A DNA stretch of 48,983 nucleotides from Bacillales bacterium (GTDB lineage Bacteria > Bacillota_I > Bacilli_A > RFN20 > CAG-826): the NCBI GenBank assembly GCA_022781015.1, contig JALEUF010000150.1, positions 1-48,983 of the forward strand, given 5' to 3'. Positions 33,767-42,468 of the stretch are shown piece after piece. The notes beneath the pieces were generated by a model. It was not told the DNA's origin and ran no database searches. It was given only the letters and a program-made list of their open reading frames with translations. The position numbers were made by a program, and so were the translations under genes. Within the stretch, counting starts at the first letter, position 1. Each line of letters opens with the position of its first letter.

Positions 33767-36508
33767 ATGGAAAACGATGAAAAGAAATTAATCGATGAAG
33801 AAACTTCTGCTGACGAAGAAACCTCTTCCGATGAAGAATCTTCTGAAAACGAAGAAAACGCCACCGAAAAACCTTTAGTAGCCTCAAGAGAAGGACAGCA
33901 ATCCGAAGATGCCATGTTTGGCCATGAAGCTGCCGTTTCTGGAATTATCCCAGGCTTAATTGATAGAGATATTTCAGACGAAGTCAAAACAGCCTTCCTC
34001 GATTATTCCATGTCAGTTATTGTCTCTCGTGCAATTCCTGATGTAAGGGATGGCTTCAAACCAGTTCAACGTAGAATCATCTACGGCATGAATGAATCCG
34101 GCATGCAACCGAATAAGCCATATAAGAAATGCGCTCGTATCGTTGGCGACGTCATGGGTAAATATCACCCTCATGGCGATAGTGCTCTTTATGGAACATT
34201 AGTTCGTTTAGCTCAACCTTTCTCACTTCGTTATACATTAGTTGACGGACACGGTAACTTCGGTTCTATCGATGGCGATGAAGCTGCTGCTATGCGTTAT
34301 ACCGAAGCTAGGATGAATAAACTTAGCCTCGAACTTGTACGAGACATCAATTGCGATACTGTCAATTTCGTCGCTAACTATGATGGCACCGAAGTCGAAC
34401 CAGAGGTATTGCCTTGCCGTTTCCCTAACTTAATTGTTAATGGTAGCCAAGGTATTGCCGTTGGTATGGCTACCAACATGGCTCCACATAATTTAAGTGA
34501 AACCATTGATGCTGTTATTGCTGTTGCCAAAAACCCAGAACTCACCCCTGCCGAAATAATGCAAAATTATTTACCAGGACCTGATTTCCCAAGTGGCGGT
34601 ATCATTTTAGGACGTCAAGGAATCCTTGATGCCTATACTACTGGACAAGGCACCATTACCATCCGTTCTAAATACCACATCGAGGAAATGGATAATGGCA
34701 AATCTAGGATTGTCGTTACTGAAATTCCATATCAAGTAAATAAGGCTGCCTTAGTTGAAAATATTGGAACTCTAGTTCGTGATAAAGTCATTGATGGCAT
34801 CGTTGATGTTAGAGATGAATCCAATAAAGAGGGGATACGTGTAGTCGTTGAGATAAGAAAAGACTGCATTCCTGAGGTTGTTGCCAATAATTTATTAAAG
34901 CACACTGCTTTACAAACTAACTTTGGTATTATTAATCTTTGCCTTGAAGATGGGGCTCCTAAGATTTTAGGAATCGATGCCTTGCTAAAAGACTACATCG
35001 AATTCCAAATCAGCGTCTTAACTAGAAGAACAAAATTCTTATTAAAAAGAGATTCCGATAGACTTCATATCGTCGAAGGCTTGATACTTGCTCACGATAA
35101 TATCGATGAAGTTATCCATATCATCAGAGATTCTAAAAATGATGAAGAATCTTCTGCTAGATTAAACGAAAGATTTGGGTTAAGCCAACCTCAATGTGAT
35201 GCCATTTTAGCGATGACATTACGTCGTTTACAAGGAATGGAACAAGATAAATTAATGGCTGAAAAACATTCTTTGGAAGCTAATATCGCTGAATACAATA
35301 GATTATTATCATCTAGAGACAACATCGTTGATTTAATGATTAAAGAATTAGGCGAAATTAAGGATAAGTTCGGCGATTCTCGTTTGACTGAAATCTCTGA
35401 CGATGCTGCCGATATCGAAAACGAGGATTTGATTCCTCAAAAGAACATTATCGTTGCCCTTACTAAAAACGGCTACATCAAGCGTGTTGATGATGATACT
35501 TTCTCTGCCCAGCACCGCGGAGGTAGAGGCATTACCGGTATGAAGACCGTTGGTGGCGATATTGTTAAACTTATCAAGCACACCAAAACACATACCGATA
35601 TTCTTTTCTTCACTACACTAGGCAAAGTATATCGTTTACGTGGCTATCAAATTCCTGATTCTGGAAGAATTGGAAAAGGCATGCCTGCCCAAAACTTCCT
35701 CAATTTAGATAAGGAAGAAAAGGTCGTTTCAATAGTACCATGCGATGATTATCCAGAAGATAATTACCTCTTCTTCATCTCAAGGAATGGTATCGTTAAG
35801 AGAACTTCTTTGAAGATGTTCGAATCCATCCATAGCAACGGAAAGATTGCTGTTGGATTAAAAGAAGGTGACGATTTATTTGATGTAAAGCGTACTGATG
35901 GACATGCGATTGTCTCGCTTGCTAGCGATAATGGAAAACTTTGTAGCTTCTATGAAGAAGAAGTCCGCGACATGGGCAGAACCGCTGCTGGCGTCAAGGG
36001 CATGAATCTTGATGATGGATCTATAATCGTTGGTGCTACTACATCATTAGAAGGCGACAAGATCTTAGTCTTAACAAATAAGGGATTTGGAAAGATTTCT
36101 TATGCTAAAGATACTGAAGTTACCATGGAAGATGGTACAACTAGAACCTATGATGGCTATAGATTGACTTCCCGTGGCGCTAAAGGTGTCTTGACCATCA
36201 AGACTACTGCTAAAACCGGTGTCTTATGTGCTGTTAGAGCCGTCAATGGAGATGAAGATTTATTGGTAGTTACTCAATCTGGTATTGTTATCCGTACTCC
36301 AATTTCTGAAATCAAGATTGCCGGACGTAATACACAAGGCGTCAAGATAATTGCCGTTGATGAAAAGACCAAAGTTGCTTCTATTGCTATAATTCCTCAT
36401 TCTGATGTCGAAGAAGAGGAAGAAGGCGAAGAAGCTATTGATGAAGTTACAGAGCCTGAAGAAACTGCAGCTACTGAAAAGGTCGTTCGTCCTGACGAAG
36501 TTGAATAA
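33767..36508 (+). CDS. gyrA: DNA gyrase subunit A
   Basis: [20 protein letters not shown]. Catalytic Tyr region [10 protein letters not shown]. GyrA-box-like [10 protein letters not shown]. Strong SD ggaggg 8-9 nt before the ATG. Confidence 0.97.
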   Translation: MENDEKKLIDEETSADEETSSDEESSENEENATEKPLVASREGQQSEDAMFGHEAAVSGIIPGLIDRDISDEVKTAFLDYSMSVIVSRAIPDVRDGFKPVQRRIIYGMNESGMQPNKPYKKCARIVGDVMGKYHPHGDSALYGTLVRLAQPFSLRYTLVDGHGNFGSIDGDEAAAMRYTEARMNKLSLELVRDINCDTVNFVANYDGTEVEPEVLPCRFPNLIVNGSQGIAVGMATNMAPHNLSETIDAVIAVAKNPELTPAEIMQNYLPGPDFPSGGIILGRQGILDAYTTGQGTITIRSKYHIEEMDNGKSRIVVTEIPYQVNKAALVENIGTLVRDKVIDGIVDVRDESNKEGIRVVVEIRKDCIPEVVANNLLKHTALQTNFGIINLCLEDGAPKILGIDALLKDYIEFQISVLTRRTKFLLKRDSDRLHIVEGLILAHDNIDEVIHIIRDSKNDEESSARLNERFGLSQPQCDAILAMTLRRLQGMEQDKLMAEKHSLEANIAEYNRLLSSRDNIVDLMIKELGEIKDKFGDSRLTEISDDAADIENEDLIPQKNIIVALTKNGYIKRVDDDTFSAQHRGGRGITGMKTVGGDIVKLIKHTKTHTDILFFTTLGKVYRLRGYQIPDSGRIGKGMPAQNFLNLDKEEKVVSIVPCDDYPEDNYLFFISRNGIVKRTSLKMFESIHSNGKIAVGLKEGDDLFDVKRTDGHAIVSLASDNGKLCSFYEEEVRDMGRTAAGVKGMNLDDGSIIVGATTSLEGDKILVLTNKGFGKISYAKDTEVTMEDGTTRTYDGYRLTSRGAKGVLTIKTTAKTGVLCAVRAVNGDEDLLVVTQSGIVIRTPISEIKIAGRNTQGVKIIAVDEKTKVASIAIIPHSDVEEEEEGEEAIDEVTEPEETAATEKVVRPDEVE
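33794..33865 (+). repeat. Imperfect 18-nt tandem repeat (3 good units plus 1 degenerate) inside the gyrA 5' end
   Basis: Units are gatgaagaaacttctgct / gacgaagaaacctcttcc / gatgaagaatcttctgaa / aacgaagaaaacgccacc. They encode [24 protein letters not shown]. Confidence 0.8.
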
Positions 36509-36513
36509 GATTC

Positions 36514-37518
36514 ATGAAGGTCTATATTCATTTCAAAAACAAAAATAACCAACAAGCCTTTGAGGGTGTACGCATACGCAAGACCCTCAAGGGTGAATGC
36601 GAGAGTGTGGGGATTGCCTGGGTAGATTCGCAGTGGCAATCTCCCGATCTCGCTACTTTTATTTCTTATTCAGACATAAACAAGTTGAATGATTGTAAGC
36701 TTGATGGGGTAAAAACTGTTGTTTGCTGCTTCTATTCTGAACGTGATGAAAAAGCCTCTTTCCTTAAAAAGAAGGGAGGCGTGTATCAATTAGACAAGAA
36801 AAAAACAAAATTCTTGAATGCAAGTGACCTAGTTTTGGTGCCTAATGAAATATTAAAGGAATTTGCTTTGACGCATGGAGTAAAAACTAGAGTTGAAGTT
36901 CTTCCTTTTTGCTTGACCCAATCCAAATTTGATAAACGTAATAACGACAAAGAAATCTTCCCTAGGTATTTTTCGATTAGGGAAAATGAGAAAGTTGTTA
37001 TATGTACCGGTTCTTTTAAAGACAAGGAAAAGCTTTCTTCTTTGTATAGAATTGCTTCATCTTGTCCTTCCTATAGGTTTTTCTTTTTCGGAACCGATAT
37101 GGGAAAATGGCTATCTTATTCCAAAATAAAAGGAGTTAGCAAGCCTAAAAACGTTTCATTAGAATCTTTAGTTGCTGATGATATTTATAGAAGTGCTCTC
37201 TTACGCGCATCTATATACTTAGTGTTAGATGATATTCCTGATGTAATTGGGGTCATGGATGCCTTCAGCGCTTCTTGCCAAGTAGTTTGCCTAGGAAAGC
37301 AACCCTTAAACGACCTATTAATTGATCAAAAAACTTGTTACATGTTTGAAAAAGAAGAAAAAATTTCCAATTTTCTTGAATTAATGTATCAAGAAAAAAC
37401 AAACAATACTATAATTCAATCGTTATCCTTGGCTAGAAAATATTCATTGGCCAAAGGAGGAGAAATCCTAAAAGGATATTATTTGTCCTTGTTAGAGAAG
37501 GAGAAAGAAAATGCTTGA
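36514..37518 (+). CDS. Hypothetical protein, weakly GT-B (GT4-like) glycosyltransferase-like
   Basis: 334 aa. The C-terminal half resembles the GT1/GT4 layout (VVICTGSFKDKEKL...FFFFGTD...VMDAFSASCQVVCL...). The usual E of the EAMA motif is absent. No SD. Overlaps the serS start by 8 nt. Confidence 0.35.
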   Translation: MKVYIHFKNKNNQQAFEGVRIRKTLKGECESVGIAWVDSQWQSPDLATFISYSDINKLNDCKLDGVKTVVCCFYSERDEKASFLKKKGGVYQLDKKKTKFLNASDLVLVPNEILKEFALTHGVKTRVEVLPFCLTQSKFDKRNNDKEIFPRYFSIRENEKVVICTGSFKDKEKLSSLYRIASSCPSYRFFFFGTDMGKWLSYSKIKGVSKPKNVSLESLVADDIYRSALLRASIYLVLDDIPDVIGVMDAFSASCQVVCLGKQPLNDLLIDQKTCYMFEKEEKISNFLELMYQEKTNNTIIQSLSLARKYSLAKGGEILKGYYLSLLEKEKENA

Positions 37519-38791
37519 TGTAAAACTCATCCTAGAAAAGCCAGATTATGTAAAAGCGGCTTTAAAGAAGAAATTATGGGACTTTGATCCAACTGAAATT
37601 ATTGAATTATCTTCCCAAAGACTTGAACTTTTAAAGAAAGTTGAGGCTATTAAGGCTGAACAAAATAAATTATCTGCTTCAGTTCCTGCAATTAAAAAAG
37701 AAGGCGGAGATGTAAAATCCATCTTTGCTAAAGTTAAAGAACTTGGTGCCCAAAATAAGGAAAGCGAGGAAAGGCTAAACGAAATCGAAGCCAAGATTAA
37801 GTCTCTTGTCGAAGTTCTTCCAAACCTTCCTGATGATGATTTGGTTGCTGGTTCAAAAGAAAATAACCACCCAATTTATCATTTTGGAGAAGAAAGAAAG
37901 TTCGGTTTTACTCCAAAGAACCATGTTGAGCTTTGCGAATCCCTAGGATTAATTGATTATAAAAGAGCCGCCAAAATCAGTGGGACTGGTACTTGGATTT
38001 ATACAAATCTAGGTGCACGTCTAGAATGGGCTTTATTAAATTATTTCATCGAAAACCATCTTGCTGATGGATATGAAATGATTCTTCCTCCTCATATTTT
38101 GAATTATGAATCTGGCTATACCGCTGGACAATTCCCAAAATTCGAAAGCGATGTATTTTGGCTAGAAGGGATGGAACCAAGGAAATTCATCCTCCCAACC
38201 GCCGAAACTGCCTTGGTCAACTTACATAGAAACGAAATCCTTTCTTTAAATGATTTGCCAAAGAAATATTTCGCCTATACTCCTTGCTATAGAAAGGAAG
38301 CTGGTTCTTATCGTACTGAAGAAAGAGGCATGATTAGAGGTTATCAATTCAATAAAGTCGAAATGGTCCAATATACAACCGAAGAAGGTAGCGATGCTGC
38401 TTTTGAAGAAATGGTTAATAAGGCCAAGAAACTTGTTGAAGGATTAGGATTAACCTATCAGATTGACAAACTAGCTGCTGGAGATTGCTCCCATTCAATG
38501 GCTAGGACATATGATATCGAAGTTTGGATTCCATCTATGGGAATTTATAAAGAAGTATCTTCTGTCTCCAATGCAAGAGATTATCAAGCTAGAAGGGGCA
38601 TGATCCGTTATAAAGATGAAAATGGCAAGACCAAATATTGCCATACATTAAACGGATCTGGCCTAGCTACTTCTAGAGTCTTCCCTGCCTTAGTCGAGCA
38701 ACTTCAACAAGAAGACGGCTCTGTAATAATTCCGGTTCCATTACGTAAATATATGGGTGGACTTGAAGTATTAAAACCAATAAAGAAATAA
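37511..38791 (+). CDS. serS: Seryl-tRNA synthetase
   Basis: N-terminal coiled-coil arm. Class II motifs RTEERGMIRGYQFNKVE and NGSGLATSR. Confidence 0.96.
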   Translation: MLDVKLILEKPDYVKAALKKKLWDFDPTEIIELSSQRLELLKKVEAIKAEQNKLSASVPAIKKEGGDVKSIFAKVKELGAQNKESEERLNEIEAKIKSLVEVLPNLPDDDLVAGSKENNHPIYHFGEERKFGFTPKNHVELCESLGLIDYKRAAKISGTGTWIYTNLGARLEWALLNYFIENHLADGYEMILPPHILNYESGYTAGQFPKFESDVFWLEGMEPRKFILPTAETALVNLHRNEILSLNDLPKKYFAYTPCYRKEAGSYRTEERGMIRGYQFNKVEMVQYTTEEGSDAAFEEMVNKAKKLVEGLGLTYQIDKLAAGDCSHSMARTYDIEVWIPSMGIYKEVSSVSNARDYQARRGMIRYKDENGKTKYCHTLNGSGLATSRVFPALVEQLQQEDGSVIIPVPLRKYMGGLEVLKPIKK

Positions 38792-38801
38792 ATAAAATCT
38801 C

Positions 38802-38837
38802 AAATCCGTTTACCACGTGTAGGCGGATTTTTCTTTT
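38802..38837 (+). terminator. serS terminator
   Basis: aaatccgtttac pairs with gtaggcggattt (includes G-U pairs), followed by ttctttt. Confidence 0.65.
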
Positions 38838-38882
38838 ACATGCCATACAAGAGAAATTTCATCATTTAATTTGACTAGTTTA

Positions 38883-38891
38883 TGTTATAAT
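38883..38891 (+). promoter_or_regulatory. Extended -10 promoter for the SRP RNA
   Basis: TGtTATAAT lies 6-8 nt before the first paired base of the RNA. Confidence 0.55.
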
Positions 38892-38896
38892 CCTTT

Positions 38897-38980
38897 TGCC
38901 ATCGCGAGGGCCGAATTGCGAACCAGGTCAGGTGGGGAACCAAGCAGCCTTAAACTCTTTGACCCTGTGCGATGGTTTTA
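38897..38980 (+). ncRNA. ffs: Small (4.5S-type) signal recognition particle RNA
   Basis: The domain IV core ccaggtcaggtgg-GGAA-ccaagcagcc matches the conserved CAGGUCAGGUCC-GGAA-GGAAGCAGCC, with a compensatory change in the apical stem. The closing helix ccatcgc (38899-38905) pairs with gcgatgg (38969-38975). A U-rich tail follows. Ends are approximate. Confidence 0.85.
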
Positions 38981-38990
38981 TTTTAAAAAT

Positions 38991-39437
38991 ATGGACGTTT
39001 CTTATTTTATGGATCTTGCCTTGCTAGAGGCAAAAAAAGCAAAAGAAGAAGGTGAAATACCTGTTGGGGCGGTTATTGTTAAAGACGACGCTCCTATCGC
39101 TTTTGGCCATAACAAGAAAGAAAGCAAGTTCGATATTTCAAGCCACGCAGAGATTGAAGCCGTAAAAGAAGCGGGACGTGTATTGAAAAAGACTGATTTA
39201 AGCGATTGCTCAATATTTGTTACTCTTGAACCATGCCTTATGTGTGGCGGAGCTTTAAAACAGTCTAGAATCAAATCAATTTATTACGGGGCCAAAGATA
39301 CTCAATTTGGCTTTGAAAGCAGGTATGGTCTATTCTCAATTAAGGATAATTATTCCTCTCCGTTAGTTTATGGAGGGATTAAAGAAAAGGAATGTAAAGA
39401 AATAATCGATGATTTCTTTGCATTGAAAAGACAATAA
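38991..39437 (+). CDS. tadA: tRNA adenosine(34) deaminase
   Basis: Zinc motifs HAEIEAV and PCLMCGGA. The N-terminus YFMDLALLEAKKA...GEIPVGAVIV is typical. The ORF-track TTG start at 38871 would read through the SRP RNA. Confidence 0.92.
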   Translation: MDVSYFMDLALLEAKKAKEEGEIPVGAVIVKDDAPIAFGHNKKESKFDISSHAEIEAVKEAGRVLKKTDLSDCSIFVTLEPCLMCGGALKQSRIKSIYYGAKDTQFGFESRYGLFSIKDNYSSPLVYGGIKEKECKEIIDDFFALKRQ

Positions 39438-39497
39438 AGAAACACATTGATATTAATGTAGATATTGCATAAAAAAATATAATTGGTTTTTCCTATA

Positions 39498-39514
39498 TTT
39501 GATAAAATATCAAA
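39498..39514. promoter_or_regulatory. Perfect 7-3-7 inverted repeat abutting the ABC gene start (operator candidate)
   Basis: tttgata aaa tatcaaa ends 2 nt before the ATG at 39517. Confidence 0.35.
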
Positions 39515-39516
39515 GC

Positions 39517-42468
39517 ATGGAAAAAGTAGAGATTATTAACGAAGAAAATCAGTTAGAAAACGAAGATAATCAAATTGATGTTTCATTAGAATTAAAACAC
39601 ATCAAAAAAGATTATTACGTTAATAAAAAGCCATTCACTGCAATAAAGGACTTATCTTTGGTTTTCCCTAAAAAAGGATTCGTTGCTATACTAGGTGAAT
39701 CTGGATGTGGCAAATCCACTTTGCTTAATATTTTAGGCGGACTAGACCGTTATACATCTGGTGATTTACTAATTAATGGCGTATCTACTAAACAATTTAA
39801 TGATGCAGATTGGGATAAATATAGGAATACCCAGGTAGGATTTATATTCCAAAGCTATAATTTGATTTCGCATTTTAATTTGCTTCAAAACGTTGAAGTT
39901 CCTTTAAAACTAGCGGGTATCAACCAAAAAGAACGAGAAGAAAGGGCCAAAGCTGCTTTAGAAAAAGTAGGATTAGGAGATTCTTTACATAAGATTCCTA
40001 ATCAATTATCTGGAGGGCAACAGCAAAGAGTTGCTATAGCTAGGGCCTTAATAAATAATCCAAGCATTATTCTTGCCGATGAACCTACAGGTGCTTTAGA
40101 TTCTGCGACTTCCATTCAAGTAATGGAGCTAATTAAAGAGGCAGGAAAAGAATGCTGTGTCATCATGGTTACACATAATGAAAAGCTAGCAAAGAAATAT
40201 GCGGATAGAATAATAACCATGAGTGATGGAGAAGCAATTTCGGATACTTCTCCTATTGAAGTCGGTGTTGAAATAGAAAAACAAAAAACAAAAGAAAAAA
40301 GAACCGGCATGTCTTTTGTTTCGGCTCTCCACTCTTCTTTTAAAAACGTCTTAACAAAGAAAACCAGGACTGCGTTGACTGCAGTTGCTTGTTCTTTTGG
40401 TATTATTGGTGTTGCTTTGGTTTTAGCTACTAGCAATGGCTTTTCTTTATATGTAAAAGATGTAGAAACTTCTGTTGCTTCTAGCGTTCCTATTACTATT
40501 TCCCCTACCGTAGTTTCTTATAAATCAAATAACCAAGATTCATATACTAGGGCTGATGAATTCCCTAAAGACAATAATATCAGAGTTTATGATTCTTCCT
40601 CTTCTAGCTACGTAGTTCATCAAAATACATTTACCAAAGAATATATTGATGCCTTAAAGGCTACTATGACTGATAAAAATAATCCCGCTTATGGAACTGT
40701 TATGTCAGTTATGGAAAATAGGAATGGCTTAGATTTCCATTTCCTTACAAAAGATGGGATGGGTGAAGATGCAAAGATTACTTCAATCAATCAATATGCC
40801 TCTGCTTCTTCTTTAGGGGCTATGGTATCTTCTGTTACATCTTTACCAACAACAATTATCCATGAGCTATATGGAGACGAAGAATCTCTTTCTAGCATGT
40901 ATGATGTAATTGATGGCAAATTCCCTGAAAACGATAATGAACTAGTTTTAGTCGTAGATAGATATAACCGCGTTGATTTCTCTACCTTGAAAGAGCTAGG
41001 TGTTTTTCCTTCTAATTCAACTTATGAAACCTTGGATGCAAATGAAAAACAAATTAGTTTCTCTTCTTTGATTTATGATGGAGAAGGCGATAACGAATAC
41101 AAGGAATATAAGTGTTATACAAACTCCTCTTATTATAAAAAATCAATGGAAACCAAAATCATTGCCAAGGTTCCTTCCTATAAGAACATTAAGCTAGAAA
41201 TGAATGGGGAGAACTCCAAGTTTGTTGGCGAGGAAGACGAGACCGAAATAATTAGGTATAAGACAGTTGATGATTATGATGAAGTCTATAACAATGACGA
41301 ATACTATAATCCTATAAAATGCAAAATCGTTGGGGTTTTGCGCCCAACAAAGGAATCTTATCTTACTTTAATGCCTTCATCTCTAGCTTATTTGCCAGGC
41401 TTAAAAGAAACAATGGCAAAAGATTATTCTGAAGGAGGAGCTGGTTATAATCTTGCGCAAGAACAAAAAGATAACTGGTATGTTCCTAGATCAAAAAGCG
41501 ATCCAACTGATGTTAGTAACGACGGACTTGCTTCTTTAAATGCTTCTTTGAAAACTTTGATGAAATCCTATTCAGAAAAAGAGGAAGGGGAAGCCACTAT
41601 ATCAACGAATACCCTTTCTACTTTGTTCAATAATGTTGCTAGATATCAAAATATCTTCTGCATAAAGCAAATGAATGAAGATGGAGGATATACCTGCTAT
41701 GTCCCTTCTTCAAACCCAAAATCATATTTATCATGGTGCCAATCCTATGGGGCAACATTTAATCAACTAGAAATCAATAATGATTCAAACAATGCTGCAT
41801 TGTTCTTGCTCATGCTAACCAGCGGAGAATTCTTCTCCAAGAATAGCGAATCTAATTTTGTTGATGTAATGGCTTTGGCCAATTCCTATTCATTAATTAC
41901 TTCGGTGCTAGTTTTTCCGAAGAGTTTATCTAGCAAAGACGTATTACTTAGATATATGGATTCGTTAAACGAAGGAAAGCGTGATTCCGAAAAGATAGTC
42001 TATAGCGACATTATGTCTGATTTTACAGGTTCATTGGGAACAATGATTAATGTTATATCGGCAGTTTTGATTGTTTTTGCTTCTATTTCTTTGGTTGTTT
42101 CTTCTGTTATGACTGCGATTATTACTTATGTCTCGGTTGTTGAAAGGACAAAAGAAATCGGAATACTTAGGGCATGTGGGGCAAGAAAGAAAGACGTAGG
42201 TCGATTGTTTGAAGCCGAATGTGTGATTATTGGGTTAGTTGCTGGGCTTATCGGAGTCTTGTTTACTGTTTTGGCTTGCATCCCAATTAATGCAATTATT
42301 GATTATAAATTCCCCGGGAACAACTTGTCTTCTATAGCCAAGCTCAATCCGTTGCATGCTTTAATTTTACTTGCCTTGTCTATTTTGCTTTCATATTTAA
42401 GTGGTTTAATTCCATCAAGAATGGCCGCGAATAAAGATCCGGTTACATGTTTAAGGAGTGATCAATGA
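39517..42468 (+). CDS. Fused MacB/FtsX-type ABC transporter (N-terminal ATPase, TM, very large extracytoplasmic domain, C-terminal FtsX permease)
   Basis: Walker A GESGCGKST, LSGGQQQRVAIARAL, ILADEPTGALD. A TM segment at about residue 290, then about 540 mostly polar residues, then three C-terminal TM segments with the FtsX-like motif KEIGILRACGARKKDV. Confidence 0.85.
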   Translation: MEKVEIINEENQLENEDNQIDVSLELKHIKKDYYVNKKPFTAIKDLSLVFPKKGFVAILGESGCGKSTLLNILGGLDRYTSGDLLINGVSTKQFNDADWDKYRNTQVGFIFQSYNLISHFNLLQNVEVPLKLAGINQKEREERAKAALEKVGLGDSLHKIPNQLSGGQQQRVAIARALINNPSIILADEPTGALDSATSIQVMELIKEAGKECCVIMVTHNEKLAKKYADRIITMSDGEAISDTSPIEVGVEIEKQKTKEKRTGMSFVSALHSSFKNVLTKKTRTALTAVACSFGIIGVALVLATSNGFSLYVKDVETSVASSVPITISPTVVSYKSNNQDSYTRADEFPKDNNIRVYDSSSSSYVVHQNTFTKEYIDALKATMTDKNNPAYGTVMSVMENRNGLDFHFLTKDGMGEDAKITSINQYASASSLGAMVSSVTSLPTTIIHELYGDEESLSSMYDVIDGKFPENDNELVLVVDRYNRVDFSTLKELGVFPSNSTYETLDANEKQISFSSLIYDGEGDNEYKEYKCYTNSSYYKKSMETKIIAKVPSYKNIKLEMNGENSKFVGEEDETEIIRYKTVDDYDEVYNNDEYYNPIKCKIVGVLRPTKESYLTLMPSSLAYLPGLKETMAKDYSEGGAGYNLAQEQKDNWYVPRSKSDPTDVSNDGLASLNASLKTLMKSYSEKEEGEATISTNTLSTLFNNVARYQNIFCIKQMNEDGGYTCYVPSSNPKSYLSWCQSYGATFNQLEINNDSNNAALFLLMLTSGEFFSKNSESNFVDVMALANSYSLITSVLVFPKSLSSKDVLLRYMDSLNEGKRDSEKIVYSDIMSDFTGSLGTMINVISAVLIVFASISLVVSSVMTAIITYVSVVERTKEIGILRACGARKKDVGRLFEAECVIIGLVAGLIGVLFTVLACIPINAIIDYKFPGNNLSSIAKLNPLHALILLALSILLSYLSGLIPSRMAANKDPVTCLRSDQ

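Noticed and set aside
38871-38990. ORF-track N-terminal extension of tadA from a TTG at 38871 (MTSLCYNPFAIARAELRTRSGGEPSSLKLF...).
   Set aside because: This stretch is the SRP RNA and its promoter. The conserved TadA N-terminus begins at the ATG at 38991.
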